A stretch of DNA of 64,000 nucleotides, taken from the IMG/VR virus record IMGVR_UViG_3300042863_003045, positions 1-64,000 of that record; one strand, 5' to 3'. Within the stretch, counting starts at the first letter, position 1; each line of letters starts with the position of its first letter. Origin of the DNA: a virus. Both the position numbers and the translations under genes were made by a program. The notes under the pieces were generated by a model. It worked only from the letters and a program-made list of their open reading frames with translations. It searched no databases and was not told the origin of the DNA. Shown here piece after piece: positions 20,401-30,689 of this stretch.

Positions 20401-21707
20401 GTTTGACCAGAATGTGTAAAAACATCCACATAAATATCATTTACATATCCCTCAGTGAACCAGTATGTTCTTTTGAATTCACCATTTTGTTCCTTTGGGT
20501 ATCCTGTTAAGTATCCACCTTTAACCACTGCATCATCTGGATTTAATGTGTGTCTAAATACAAAAGATCCAGTTGTTCCAAATAATGCCATAACGTTACC
20601 TGGTCTATCCAAAACTCTTGTTTGGAATGGATTACTTTCTGTTATTGTTTCATTATATGAAAGGAAGTTGATTTTAACTTCACCATCAGAGGATCCATCA
20701 TTTGAATCCAATTCGTTATAGTTAGTGGATCCTGAAGTTGGTGGATTTGCAGTTAAATCATCACCTACAAAGTTATTACCAATAAGGTCAACTAAACCTT
20801 TTGGATAATCTGTTTCAAATAAGTCAACATTGAATGCACAAAATACACCATGTTGATCAGTTCCTCTGTTTATAACAGTTTCTATGAAAATATTCTGACC
20901 ATTTTGATCTCTGAAGTAAGGAATTAAAGAAAGTCCTTCTGCATAAGCCAGTGTTGTTATATTTCTATCATTAGAGAAATTTCTAACCTGTTCTTTTCTA
21001 AGACCACTTGGTGAGAAGTATTGAGCAAATCTTGCATCAACAGATAGATTCCTATAATCAGAGTAATCACCAGCAATAACAATAACATCAACTAAATAGT
21101 CTGATGCTAAATCATTTGGATGAACATAAGGTGGTACTTTTTCAACAGCACCATACCAATCAATAAGAGGAACATTAAATCCAGTTCTCTGTGATTTGAA
21201 TGCAAAAATAGTTACATATTTATCAGATAAGTTTGTGAAGTTTAAAAGTCTTTTTTCCCATCCAACATTATTTTTTGTAAGATTAATAAAAGCATCAGTA
21301 TCTTTTTTCCAGAATCCAGTTGTATCAAAGAACCTTCTATAAGGACCTTCTCTTTCAATATCATTCTGAACAGTTGTTGCACATGATAGTGACTGATATT
21401 CAATCTTATCTAAATTATCATCAGTTAAAAGCAAGTTAATTGCGAAAACTGGTGAAGCTTCTAATAATTTTGAAATCGTTCTGTGAAAGAACGAACCTTT
21501 TCTCTCAAGTTGTCTATCAAGAGGTCCAAAAACTCTTTCTAAGTCGCCTATATTAGTTAGACGAATTGGAGTATTTACTGGTCCTTTTTTAGAAACACCA
21601 ATAACTGTATTTGTTATCCCCTCTACTATTGGACTTGAGATCACTGACTGGTCAAATTCTTCTATGAAGATACCAGGTCTTCTGTATTTACCGATTTGGA
21701 TTGCCAT
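17472..21707 (-). CDS. Contractile tail sheath protein (large, 1411 aa)
   Basis: N-terminal RPGIFIEEFD...GVSKKGPVNTP; C-terminal VPPS, AGVTNG, MNPIV, SALSFIHVRE, FNTPEIR, CDDENNT..IID...LDTFVEP. Confidence 0.9.
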   Translation of the reverse strand: MAIQIGKYRRPGIFIEEFDQSVISSPIVEGITNTVIGVSKKGPVNTPIRLTNIGDLERVFGPLDRQLERKGSFFHRTISKLLEASPVFAINLLLTDDNLDKIEYQSLSCATTVQNDIEREGPYRRFFDTTGFWKKDTDAFINLTKNNVGWEKRLLNFTNLSDKYVTIFAFKSQRTGFNVPLIDWYGAVEKVPPYVHPNDLASDYLVDVIVIAGDYSDYRNLSVDARFAQYFSPSGLRKEQVRNFSNDRNITTLAYAEGLSLIPYFRDQNGQNIFIETVINRGTDQHGVFCAFNVDLFETDYPKGLVDLIGNNFVGDDLTANPPTSGSTNYNELDSNDGSSDGEVKINFLSYNETITESNPFQTRVLDRPGNVMALFGTTGSFVFRHTLNPDDAVVKGGYLTGYPKEQNGEFKRTYWFTEGYVNDIYVDVFTHSGQTISVTYDIQSANPNGYAVIGGQYVEITDTSSPNGGSNGVINLSSSFYSSSLTTTASYVAAFVVDTNGEIKSYQTNTPSTNPLVATSDIVLGYVTFSCFAGTFSGVNSNPVSISFNTTLSAGGDDAYSPLVSGVDFQYVVNGSQSFTVVFPNTAQTITPRNYDAYRKLKTFNNMIDYLSSDKGVLLIDPIDSLGGPSEKLNLSFVQLENVVNNNSFNRSFDLSIDVPVTNPSTNVVVDDGYVDSYFASNVDVITLATASLPLVIYKLDDEFIMGRESVVTKSRPAGLTQGVVAQYSKMYQSYDQGIINTTDVIYQKVNYSPVQVQFIAGESVTASLAGYDYIVFGVNQEEEDYLGVPRTEIETQNNTFFTEVNLLSGYKFLLTTPLNSGVFTYKSDEGLNTTINTIILPAPYNGYSNNYTSEQRADLLDTLSGQVYGFSASATYSYYAFEVNENITEEFVNAVNNIFSYNDSLDEKVYLDMHFDNELNMIVTFEDELLQSSVPFESSVDTSLKSLWANETIVVKSFDSNYKQSVEVEYPANWTPEPNKILVRASRYTELSVGDYLEAEYDESLLQTDEMPRKLTRVLRKRLWSGDSTLAEITCDTEIKISDFGDKQTFMYTQLDDYVSTYKAISLKGFRIRQDSLPDGTESKQSQILNLIEKGTPLFKAATNKEAFDFRYLVDSFGLGLAERSKQQLVDICGERLDCFGILNMPSMKSFKNSSSPSFVNNEGVLQTSFIATGGDPNSSPAFLYSFGDGRGVSSVGYFTPYLTVNDNGRPVDVPPSAYVALTFMRKHNSTLSNIVPWTIAAGVTNGRITNISGLEEDFNPEDIENFNQAQMNPIVFKRNRGYIIETENTAQTLYRSALSFIHVREVLIELERELSRMLLDFQWKFNTPEIRAEIKLRADVICERYVNRNGLYNYFNKCDDENNTSEIIDNQIGVLDTFVEPIKGMGIIVNNITILRTGAIQAGGFIQQ

Positions 21708-21765
21708 ATTCTTTAAATTTATTTTTTATTTTAGTTATATATAAAAGATAAAAACTCATTTTTTT

Positions 21766-22371
21766 CTATTTTTCCAAGTTTTTTATCTTTTCTTCTTCGA
21801 CTTGCATAGTCTTCTCAAAATCTTCTTTTTTCTTCTCATAATTCTTTTCAGAAAGCGATAGTTCTTTTTGATTCTGAGATATTTTCATCTTTATTTCTTT
21901 TAAATATTCTTCACTTTTTTTCCTTTGTGAGTCAACCACTGCCTTTTGATCACTATTTTGTAGTTGATTGAATCTATCGATAAGATCAGATATTTGTTTT
22001 TGAACTTCGGATTGTTTTTCTTTATCCTTTTCTATTGATAATATGATTTTATCAACTCTTCTTTTCAGTTTATAAAGAGATGTTAGTAGAGTAAGATATT
22101 TATTTCTCTTATTAGAATCTTTTTGATTATTAAATACATTTTTCTGCAATTCATCATCAACTTCTGAATCTGTTTTATCAAGTTTGGAAAAAATAGACTC
22201 AACTGATGATTTTTTAGATTTGAATTCTTCAAAATCTTTCTTAATTGATTGAAGAGCATCTGAATTAGCTTTATCATTAGAATCAATTATGTTATTATCT
22301 GAGGTTGGTGTTATATCATCTGATATATCATCTTGTTCAAGAAATAAAGAGTAATTTTTTAAAAATTTCAT
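21766..22371 (-). CDS. Coiled-coil protein with leader
   Basis: MKFLKNYSLFLE; heptad-rich. Confidence 0.6.
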   Translation of the reverse strand: MKFLKNYSLFLEQDDISDDITPTSDNNIIDSNDKANSDALQSIKKDFEEFKSKKSSVESIFSKLDKTDSEVDDELQKNVFNNQKDSNKRNKYLTLLTSLYKLKRRVDKIILSIEKDKEKQSEVQKQISDLIDRFNQLQNSDQKAVVDSQRKKSEEYLKEIKMKISQNQKELSLSEKNYEKKKEDFEKTMQVEEEKIKNLEK

Positions 22372-22396
22372 ATTGTATATATTAATATGAATATTT

Positions 22397-22600
22397 TCAA
22401 ATTTTTGAATTAATTATTCTTTCTAATAGTCCTTTACTTATACTTGGATGTATATTAAAGTCCTTTTCGATGAAATTCAATAGCTCTTCTAAAGATTTTA
22501 TATGTTTTGGATAACTTTCACATATTCTATTAATTAAAGAATCATTATTCAATAATTCTTCTTTTATACTAAATGTTTCATATTTTTTAATAGTCTTCAT
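22397..22600 (-). CDS. Small hypothetical protein with leader
   Basis: MKTIKKYETFSIKEE. Confidence 0.55.
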   Translation of the reverse strand: MKTIKKYETFSIKEELLNNDSLINRICESYPKHIKSLEELLNFIEKDFNIHPSISKGLLERIINSKI

Positions 22601-22604
22601 ATTA

Positions 22605-23186
22605 TCATACTTTATTGGAATATTCAGATCTTAATTTATCTACTTTTGATTTATAATCTTCTTCTGAAATATTATTCTTTTTTCTTGTTAATTGTAATTC
22701 AGATAGTTTATCAAGTAACTCCCAAAATATTTTTACTATTTTTGGATTTACTCTACTATTTCCGTCTTTATCTATTAGGTGCTGTCCGTTTCTAACTAAT
22801 ACAAAATGTTGATCTCCGCCTTGAAATAATCTCCAATGTCTTGAATTACCAGTATTTTTTATAACTTCAATTTTTGTACCTGATTTAGTATCATTTGGTG
22901 AATATTCTCTTTCTGTATTTTTAATGATCTCTCTTCCTCCTTTAAAAAAGTCATTCACTTTTTCCAATTTTCTTGTTTCAGATTTATAATTTGTTTCTTT
23001 TGAATCCTTCTCTTTATTTTCAGAGTCTTCTGATAAAATTATTCTTCTTTTATGATCTCCAAATCTTACAACTTCAATTTGTTCTAGATTTTTCAATAAT
23101 TTTTGAAAATCATCTTTTACTGTTTGGTCAAATTCAAATTTTTTTCCAAAACTAAAGAATTCTTCTATTTTTACTAAGTGTTTCAT
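22605..23186 (-). CDS. Hypothetical protein with leader
   Basis: MKHLVKIEEF. Confidence 0.55.
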   Translation of the reverse strand: MKHLVKIEEFFSFGKKFEFDQTVKDDFQKLLKNLEQIEVVRFGDHKRRIILSEDSENKEKDSKETNYKSETRKLEKVNDFFKGGREIIKNTEREYSPNDTKSGTKIEVIKNTGNSRHWRLFQGGDQHFVLVRNGQHLIDKDGNSRVNPKIVKIFWELLDKLSELQLTRKKNNISEEDYKSKVDKLRSEYSNKV

Positions 23187-23198
23187 GATATTATTATT

Positions 23199-26100
23199 TT
23201 ATTTTTTGAATTTGAAATCAATTAATCCGAATTTTTTAAGTCTATCATAATATTCTTCTTTATTATACCATACTTTATCTAAAATTTCTTTAGATTCTTT
23301 ATTAACAAGAATTTTTAATTCTTTTATAAAACGATTTTCATTTTCAAATTCAACATTATCTGGAGATCCATCAAATAAGTTCATTTTAGATTTAGAAAAT
23401 TCAAGATTTCCACTACTCACTAATTGTTTAGTATTACTAAGTTCCATTTTAACTAACTTCAATGAAGTGGATTCTTTAGTTGGGGTGGTTCCTAAATTGA
23501 CTAATGATGATTTAGTATCAATCACTTTATTACCATCTGATATAAAGAAGTAGTAATCACTATCTTTTTTCCCTAGATATAATAAATATAGATTACCATC
23601 TTTATTAGAAATTTTAAGATATAATTTCTCCTTTGAGTCTCTATTTAATTTATTAAATAGTGAATCAACATTAGATTCACCTAATATTACAAATTCTCCT
23701 TCAACTTTATCCGATACCTCTTTAGCAACTTCTGCAGCCGGTTCCACATCACCTCCTTTACCAATTGCTTTACCAGAAACATTATCTGATATGTTAAAAT
23801 ATTCTTTTAGGAATGTTCCTATAGCACCTTGTCTATAAATTTTTGGATCATCAATAAGTTGTGTGATGAATTTTAAGAGTATTTTACCAATTGGTTTTGC
23901 ATTCCTATTATCTTTGTTCGGAGTTTCTCCTAATTTCGATCCCATTTCAGATAGTTTACCTTTTCCTTCTTCACTTTCATCAACTTTAAAATAAAATTTA
24001 GCATCATCACTGAATATAGTTTCAGTATATTTAGTTTCTCCTAAAATATCAAGTATTGCATTTTCCCATTTTTGATATATTTCTATATTTCTATAAGGAC
24101 CAACACCTGGTTTATCTGGAGTGCCACTCTCACCACTACCAGATCCAACAAACTCATACTGATCAAATACTCTTCCAGCAACTCTACCGTCTGTTCTACC
24201 AGAAGGAATTCTTCCAGGCGTATGAAGTCTCCAAGCTCTCAAGAAAAGTCTTACTAATTCAAATATCTGATTTTCATTTGATATTATAAACTCCTCAGAT
24301 ATTCGTCCAGATTTCTTTATTGTTTCTCCATCTGATGCATCTATTTCGAACATTTTTTGGATATCTTCATCAAATATCTCATTAAACTTTTCTTCAATTT
24401 TTGAATACTCTACTCCTTCAGTTTTCTCTAGAATCAAAAAGTTATTATATGATGCTATAACTACTGATTCTTTTTTTAATTTTGGAACTAATTTTTCTAA
24501 TTCAAAGAAAGAATTTACAAATTTTTTCAAAGGAGAAATAGCACTTCCATAACTACCAGTTAATCCCATATCTTCTTTGAATGATAATAGTATTCTTCCA
24601 AATAATGATACTGATTTTGCAACATCATTCACATTAACAGCTTCTTTTATCAATTCTTCAAATGATATTGGTTTTCCAGTTGTTGATTTGTTTAAAACTA
24701 CTTGTTTACAAATTGTTTTAATATCTTTTTTAGATTGTAAAAGCTTTTCTTTACCATCTTTAGAAGAAGTTTTTAATAACTCTTCTATTTGAGGTATAAA
24801 ATTTTTAATTCCCGATTTTTCATAAGCATTTATAACTTTTTTCCAAGCATTTTTTGAATGCACTTCATCTTTTTGTAAATTAGCCTCAGCTTCTTCGTAT
24901 AAAAAAGAATATGATGCCTTATCTATTTTTACATTACCACTAATTTCTCTGTTTCCAGATTCAGATCCAGTTGATTTACCAAGTGGCAAATCAACACTCC
25001 ATTTTTGTTTTGATATTGTAGATATTTCTTTTTTCAAATCTTCAATATTTTTATATCCTATTGCTTTACCACTTTTATCTTTCTTTTCTTTAGAAATTCC
25101 ATAGCTATTAGCTTGTATATTGATTAGTTTCTTTAAATTATCGTTTAATTTTTTCTTATAAATCTCAACATTTTTATTATCACCTTTTTTCTGAGCAATT
25201 TTAATAGCCTCTTGTTCCATCTTCATTGAATTTACAAGAATTTTAGAAAACGTAACTGGATTCTTATTACCCACTAGACTTTTTTGTATATTATCATATT
25301 TATCTTTGTTAAAAGATGTTGATACATCTTCACCAGGTTTTTCTACTTTAGAATCTGGTGATGTTCCATCCAGATTATAAATCTTTAATGTTTCTACTGA
25401 GTTTCCAGTGCCAACTTTATTGTAACTCTCTCTACCATCATACTTTTGACCTTTTTGTATTAATATAACCCAAACTCGATCATTAGGCAATTTATCCCCC
25501 TTTATATCATCTTCAGTGAGCCACTTTTTATCTTCTGCTTTTTTAATCTCTGTTTCCTTACTTACCAATAAACATCTTCTCTTTTCTCCTTCAACATTTA
25601 TATACATATACTCGCTACCAACTTTTAACTTGGATTTAGCAGAAATTACTTTATTTTCAAATGGTTCTTTTCCACCACCGAATCTAACAACATTAGATTT
25701 TATCATATTATGTAAATCAACTATTGATTGTAAAAAATCTTTTGATGTTTTATAAAATACTTTATTTGGGTCAGTAGAATCTCCTTCACCTTCTCCTTCA
25801 CCCTCTCCTTCACCCTCTTCTTTGCCTTCTCCCTCCTTAGAGATTAAGGATTCTAAATATATTATGAATTCTTCGATTTTATCAATCATAAAATCTTCAT
25901 CTTCAAACCTTGGACTCGTATTTTCAATTACTTCGATTATTGTTTCACATATTCTTATTAGACTTTCAACATCTTCCTCGTTGTCTATACCTTCCTTTAA
26001 CTTACCCATCAAATCACTTGTCATTACCCAAGTGGATAATTGCTCAGAGACATTTATTTTACATTGATCAACTAAACTATCAAAATATTTTTTTGTAGCA

Positions 26101-26294
26101 TCAATAACACCATCCATTTTCTTTAGATTGCGTTTTGTTTTTATTTTTCTGCCTATTGAACTAATAAGAATGCCAACCCAAGAATCTCCCCAGTTTACAT
26201 CATTAGCAAATGCCTCATTTATTTTTGTATATTTGTTATAATTACGACTATTTAGATTCTCTAAATATTGTGAATGAGTTAAAATTCTTTTCAT
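23199..26294 (-). CDS. Large internal-virion-like protein (1031 aa)
   Basis: Leader-like N-terminus; recurrent I/L-x-E-A sites (KINEA, LYEEA, IKEA); EG tract; internal IASYNNF motif. Confidence 0.6.
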   Translation of the reverse strand: MKRILTHSQYLENLNSRNYNKYTKINEAFANDVNWGDSWVGILISSIGRKIKTKRNLKKMDGVIDATKKYFDSLVDQCKINVSEQLSTWVMTSDLMGKLKEGIDNEEDVESLIRICETIIEVIENTSPRFEDEDFMIDKIEEFIIYLESLISKEGEGKEEGEGEGEGEGEGDSTDPNKVFYKTSKDFLQSIVDLHNMIKSNVVRFGGGKEPFENKVISAKSKLKVGSEYMYINVEGEKRRCLLVSKETEIKKAEDKKWLTEDDIKGDKLPNDRVWVILIQKGQKYDGRESYNKVGTGNSVETLKIYNLDGTSPDSKVEKPGEDVSTSFNKDKYDNIQKSLVGNKNPVTFSKILVNSMKMEQEAIKIAQKKGDNKNVEIYKKKLNDNLKKLINIQANSYGISKEKKDKSGKAIGYKNIEDLKKEISTISKQKWSVDLPLGKSTGSESGNREISGNVKIDKASYSFLYEEAEANLQKDEVHSKNAWKKVINAYEKSGIKNFIPQIEELLKTSSKDGKEKLLQSKKDIKTICKQVVLNKSTTGKPISFEELIKEAVNVNDVAKSVSLFGRILLSFKEDMGLTGSYGSAISPLKKFVNSFFELEKLVPKLKKESVVIASYNNFLILEKTEGVEYSKIEEKFNEIFDEDIQKMFEIDASDGETIKKSGRISEEFIISNENQIFELVRLFLRAWRLHTPGRIPSGRTDGRVAGRVFDQYEFVGSGSGESGTPDKPGVGPYRNIEIYQKWENAILDILGETKYTETIFSDDAKFYFKVDESEEGKGKLSEMGSKLGETPNKDNRNAKPIGKILLKFITQLIDDPKIYRQGAIGTFLKEYFNISDNVSGKAIGKGGDVEPAAEVAKEVSDKVEGEFVILGESNVDSLFNKLNRDSKEKLYLKISNKDGNLYLLYLGKKDSDYYFFISDGNKVIDTKSSLVNLGTTPTKESTSLKLVKMELSNTKQLVSSGNLEFSKSKMNLFDGSPDNVEFENENRFIKELKILVNKESKEILDKVWYNKEEYYDRLKKFGLIDFKFKK

Positions 26295-26335
26295 GTAAAA
26301 AATATTTTTTTCTATATATATTAAATATATTTTTA

Positions 26336-26343
26336 TATATTTG
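26336..26343 (+). promoter_or_regulatory. Bacteroidota-type -7 box TATATTTG
   Basis: Upstream of ATG 26360; the same box occurs at 53508 and 60553 (+), and 35631 and 37472 (-). Confidence 0.55.
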
Positions 26344-26359
26344 TATAAATAAAAAAAAG

Positions 26360-26719
26360 ATGAAGAATTTATTTTGTATAGATTTGAGATTGTTTAATCA
26401 CATAACAATTAATAAAGTTACTGATAAGTATGGAATTCCTTTCGAAAAGCTTTGGGAACTTAAAAAAGATGGTGTTGCCAAAATATGGATTGATGAAACT
26501 CCATATGACGGCAAAAATATATTAATCGCTTATAATACAAAAAAATCAGATGAAATTATATTTACAGATACGTTGAAAGAACATCTAAGTAAAATGGATT
26601 TCATGAAACCTGAAAAACGAAAACTAGATACAGATTCTATTCTTGAAAAAATATCAAAATTTGGAATTTCATCTCTAAAAGCGGATGAAAAAGAATTTTT
26701 GGATAATTTAAGCAAATAA
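26360..26719 (+). CDS. Protein with C-terminal DUF6576-like domain (start revised to 26360)
   Basis: DSILEKISKFGISSLKADEKEFL. Confidence 0.55.
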   Translation: MKNLFCIDLRLFNHITINKVTDKYGIPFEKLWELKKDGVAKIWIDETPYDGKNILIAYNTKKSDEIIFTDTLKEHLSKMDFMKPEKRKLDTDSILEKISKFGISSLKADEKEFLDNLSK

Positions 26720-26724
26720 TAATA

Positions 26725-27372
26725 TCTAAAAATCTTTTAAGTGTTCTATTTTAGACACTTTATCTCCTGTTATTTTTTCACGTAATTTATCCTAAGAATA
26801 TTGGTCGTCATCCATTAGTGATTTAATATAATTTATTAGTTCTTCATCATCGGAATATTTAACCAACATAAGATTATCTATAACTAATGTTTGTAATTCA
26901 TTTATTATCATATTTCTATCCATATTTTATTGAATAGTGTATCAATATCTTCATAACTTATATGGTTATCATTTAAGTATGTTTCCACTTTCATTATTTT
27001 ATCTTTTATTTTATCATCTAACTTCTTATTAGTGGCACTTTCAATGATATGGAAACCTATATCATCACCATAAGGAAAGTTCCATCTATCGTCATAATAA
27101 TAAAAAGCAGATCTCACTGCCATTTATTAGTATTTTAAACTGGTTTTTAAAGTCAAAAAATACTACATCACCTTTTAAATTGCTCTTTATACAACGGTCA
27201 ATTATTTTTTCAACTATTTTACCGAAATCATCAGTATTTTTTATTAAACTTCTTTCAATAAGTTTATAATCTAAATTATGTTCTTTTGTATGGTTATATT
27301 TTACAACCCAACTATTATAGCTTTTAACATTATTTATAGATTCCAGATATAGTGAAAATTTCCGTATATAAA
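26725..27372 (-). pseudogene. Decayed leader-bearing gene(s)
   Basis: YIRKFSLYLES... with no ATG, frameshifts near 27200 and 27110, and a downstream piece MDRNMIINE...DQYS*DKLREK with an internal stop; ORF 26908..27123 is one fragment. Confidence 0.45.
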
Positions 27373-27381
27373 ATTGAATAC

Positions 27382-27410
27382 AAACCCTGCTGATTTCAGT
27401 AGGGTTTTTT
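27382..27410. terminator. Hairpin/terminator
   Basis: AAACCCTGCTGATTTCAGTAGGGTTTTTT. Confidence 0.6.
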
Positions 27411-27488
27411 TATTTTCCTAAAAAATCCAGTCTTGAATTTTCCTAAAAATAGAAATAATATATAATACATAAATTAAATAAATTTAAG

Positions 27489-27782
27489 ATGAGATTTGAA
27501 GAACTTATAATTGATGATAAATCAATAAGATCAGATAAAATGATAACAAAAATTCTTTTAGAGAAAGGATTTTACTGGTTAGTAGATTCAGAAATAGAAT
27601 CAGCTAAAATTGAAATAAAAAACAACACGCTTATTTGGCACAACGGAATATTCTTCACAGGCGACTGGGAATATGGAATATTTAAAGATGGTCAATTTTT
27701 TGGAAATTTTATAAATGGTATTTTTGAAAGTGGTACTTTTAAAGGTAAATGGTGCTCTGGCATCAACATGCAATCTAAATGA
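27489..27782 (+). CDS. Small protein with W/F-x-x-G beta-repeats
   Basis: WHNGIFFTGDWEYGIFKDGQF... Confidence 0.6.
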   Translation: MRFEELIIDDKSIRSDKMITKILLEKGFYWLVDSEIESAKIEIKNNTLIWHNGIFFTGDWEYGIFKDGQFFGNFINGIFESGTFKGKWCSGINMQSK

Positions 27783-27804
27783 TATAAAAAATAACAAATT
27801 AAAA

Positions 27805-28254
27805 ATGAGAAGAAAAAAAGTAGAGGTATTGAATGAAAACAATTTATGGGATTCTGAAATTATTAAAATAGGAAATAGAGAAGGAAATTATTATTTTGAA
27901 ATTATAACTGAACAAACAAATGATATAGGAGAAGCTGTTGCAATGATGATGAGACTTAAAAGCAAATGGAATGACCCAGTTTGGGATATGAAAATTGAAA
28001 ATATAAATTACTATGATATCGAGCCATCAAAAGCAATTTACTGGTTGAGTGGAGGTGATGATGAATGGAGATGGGGAACTACATATAAAAAGAATTGGAA
28101 CGAATGTTCATATGAATTTCAATCAGAATTTGGAATGACAATAATATCAATAATAAAAAGCTCAAAAACACTTAAAGATATAAGAAATGGATTTAAAAAT
28201 CATATTAATATAATGGAATTGTATGAATTTGCAATAGAAAATAAAATAGTTTAA
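27805..28254 (+). CDS. Hypothetical protein (start revised to 27805)
   Basis: MRRKKVEVLNE start avoids overlap with upstream gene. Confidence 0.55.
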   Translation: MRRKKVEVLNENNLWDSEIIKIGNREGNYYFEIITEQTNDIGEAVAMMMRLKSKWNDPVWDMKIENINYYDIEPSKAIYWLSGGDDEWRWGTTYKKNWNECSYEFQSEFGMTIISIIKSSKTLKDIRNGFKNHINIMELYEFAIENKIV

Positions 28255-28259
28255 AAAGA

Positions 28260-28291
28260 AAAGAAACCCACTCAAAAAGTGGGTTTCTTTT
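28260..28291 (+). terminator. Intrinsic terminator
   Basis: AAAGAAACCCACT-CAAAA-AGTGGGTTTCTTT. Confidence 0.75.
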
Positions 28292-28305
28292 TAATATATA
28301 GATAT

Positions 28306-29160
28306 ATGAATGCACATTTCATAGATATAAACATAATTCTTAAACAAGATCAAAAACCTTGGATTGTCTCAAAAGATAGTCCTAATATTCCCATAATGAA
28401 AATTGATATACACCAATTCAATTCATTTAAATCTGGAATATACAAACAACATAATAATAAGATCGATTTCAACGGAGAAACATTCTACCTCTCAAATGAT
28501 TTTATGAATAAGTTGAAAATTAAAACTAAATTGAATGATATAAATATTTCAAATTTAGCAATTTCAATGCAGGAATTCTTAAACCCTGGAATAATTGAAG
28601 ATATGAAATTCTCACTTGATATGTCTTTATTCAATTCTATCATAAATACGAATGATCATATTTATATAATATGTTCAAAAAATAAAAAGAAATTCTATAC
28701 AAATCAAATAGAAAAACTTCAATATGAATTAGAATCAATAGGACTATATGTAAAAAACTATTACTTTCTTTCAGAAACTTTTTATAGTAGAAATTCAGAT
28801 GATATTTCTTATATTAAAGTAAAATTATTATTACAACACCTTATTGGATTGAAAACATTAGATGGCGAAAGAATAACTGACGAAGATATAGAAAATTATG
28901 AAAAAGTTACTTACTACGATGATGAAAGATCATCCATGGAACTTGCTAAGAATATAAATTCAGTACTTGAGAGATTACTTATAAACACAGAAGATAGTGT
29001 TAAATCAATAGTAAAAGATAGAATAAAAGCAAAAGAAAATTTACTTCATTGTAAGTTTTACACACACAATAATTCTAAAAAGTTTGAGGAAACATTAGTT
29101 CCTTTGGAATTTTCTAATGTAATAAGAACATTTGAAAACTTCAAAACGAATAGACTCTAA
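28306..29160 (+). CDS. Hypothetical protein, possibly degenerate HAD fold (start revised to 28306)
   Basis: HFIDIN, YIICSKN, VTYYDDE; C-terminal VIRTFENF motif. Confidence 0.5.
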   Translation: MNAHFIDINIILKQDQKPWIVSKDSPNIPIMKIDIHQFNSFKSGIYKQHNNKIDFNGETFYLSNDFMNKLKIKTKLNDINISNLAISMQEFLNPGIIEDMKFSLDMSLFNSIINTNDHIYIICSKNKKKFYTNQIEKLQYELESIGLYVKNYYFLSETFYSRNSDDISYIKVKLLLQHLIGLKTLDGERITDEDIENYEKVTYYDDERSSMELAKNINSVLERLLINTEDSVKSIVKDRIKAKENLLHCKFYTHNNSKKFEETLVPLEFSNVIRTFENFKTNRL

Positions 29161-30026
29161 TAATTTTTGAAATCACTTTCCCAAATTGAAGAATAATTGA
29201 AACCAAGTGATAGTAATTTCCTTTCTCTCAACTTCGTTTCTTCATACAAATCGCCATATTTCTTTTTCACCAAAGTATTCATAGAATCTGAATCATATAT
29301 CTTAGGATTTCCATGAAAAAAATCTCCTAAAAACTCATATACCGTATTTGTATCAGGATCAAAACCATCGACTTTTAAATTTAGTATTTTATGCTGCCTT
29401 TTCAAATTTTTAATATTCAAGGAATCTAACCAAATATTTTCTAACCTTCCATACTTCTTACCACATTCAGGACATCCAGATCCTCTTAGGTGAGAACCAG
29501 CATTCTGAGCGAAATCCCCATGATCTGAGCAAGTAATAATGACTTTCCTTTTGTTTGAAAAATAAACAGATTTTGAATAATCATACTTCTCACCATGAAC
29601 CAATCTCGATTCTTTTATGAATTCACTAGTTGTTTTCTGAATATTATTGTTTGAACATTTTGAGCACCCAACACCTCTTATATGAACATCCGGTCTTTGT
29701 GAGAAATTTCCATGTTCTAAACAAGTAATGATAACTTCTGTTTTGTTGTTTTTATATACGACCTTATCATAAGAAAACTTATTACCATGAGCCTTCAAAG
29801 ATTTTAAAATAAACTCATCAATATTGCTCTTACAAACACACTTACATTTAGGACAACCAGATCCCAAGTAATGATGCTTTGGAAACTGATAGAAATATCC
29901 ATGTTCTGGACATTCTATTTTAACTTTTGTTTTAGAATTGGTATAATCACTTTCAGAATAATCATAGAATCCATTATGTTTTTCCTTAGATCTATTGATG
30001 AATTCAACTAAATCAATCTTTTTCAT
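29157..30026 (-). CDS. Free-standing homing endonuclease (CxxHG repeats + Vsr-like)
   Basis: Three YDYS...CxxHG...GCPxC repeats; KVDGF...YEFLGDFFHG...IWESDF. Confidence 0.75.
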   Translation of the reverse strand: MKKIDLVEFINRSKEKHNGFYDYSESDYTNSKTKVKIECPEHGYFYQFPKHHYLGSGCPKCKCVCKSNIDEFILKSLKAHGNKFSYDKVVYKNNKTEVIITCLEHGNFSQRPDVHIRGVGCSKCSNNNIQKTTSEFIKESRLVHGEKYDYSKSVYFSNKRKVIITCSDHGDFAQNAGSHLRGSGCPECGKKYGRLENIWLDSLNIKNLKRQHKILNLKVDGFDPDTNTVYEFLGDFFHGNPKIYDSDSMNTLVKKKYGDLYEETKLRERKLLSLGFNYSSIWESDFKNY

Positions 30027-30619
30027 TTCTTTTTCATAAGAGCTTCGTTGATAAGATCATTCAATTTGGATCCATCGATTATCTCACCTTCTTCATTGGA
30101 AGAAGAAGATTCTATCTTTTTAACTGATACAACATCTGTTATATCAGATCTTAATTCTTTATAAAATTTCTCAAGATCATGTCTCATAGTAGAAGCAAAC
30201 TTTGAATTCTCTCGAACTTCTTTAATTGTTTGATTTATTACTTCGTGCATACGAGCGGAATTATCTCCGTTATCTACTTGTCTTAATTGGGAAAGAAAGT
30301 TTTTTCTTGTCATTTTTTGAAGAAAAAGTGTTTCAGCATAAACAAGTGCATCCTCTTTCATCTTATTTCTAATATATCCATTCTTCTTTAATTCAGGAAA
30401 TTCCCCTAAGTAAAGATCAACTAACGATTCAAGTATTTCATTGCCTTTCTGAGAAGCGGATTTTAAATCAGCATCATAATCGTATAATTCAATCTGTCCA
30501 AGATCTGGAAGATCATCTATTGTAGCAAGATGCTTACTTATATCAAAATCAGATGTTTCTTCTTGAATAAGATCAAATTCGTCCATTAATCTTTTCTTTT
30601 CTTTATCAACTTTTGCCAT
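30023..30619 (-). CDS. Putative terminase small subunit (T4 gp16-like)
   Basis: SARMHEVINQ resembles the gp16 PRxxEV helix; adjacent and divergent to TerL. Confidence 0.5.
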   Translation of the reverse strand: MAKVDKEKKRLMDEFDLIQEETSDFDISKHLATIDDLPDLGQIELYDYDADLKSASQKGNEILESLVDLYLGEFPELKKNGYIRNKMKEDALVYAETLFLQKMTRKNFLSQLRQVDNGDNSARMHEVINQTIKEVRENSKFASTMRHDLEKFYKELRSDITDVVSVKKIESSSSNEEGEIIDGSKLNDLINEALMKKK

Positions 30620-30689
30620 TTAGTGAATTTATTTTTATGTATATATTAAAAAGAAAAATTCCATTTTTATACATTTATATATACTATTA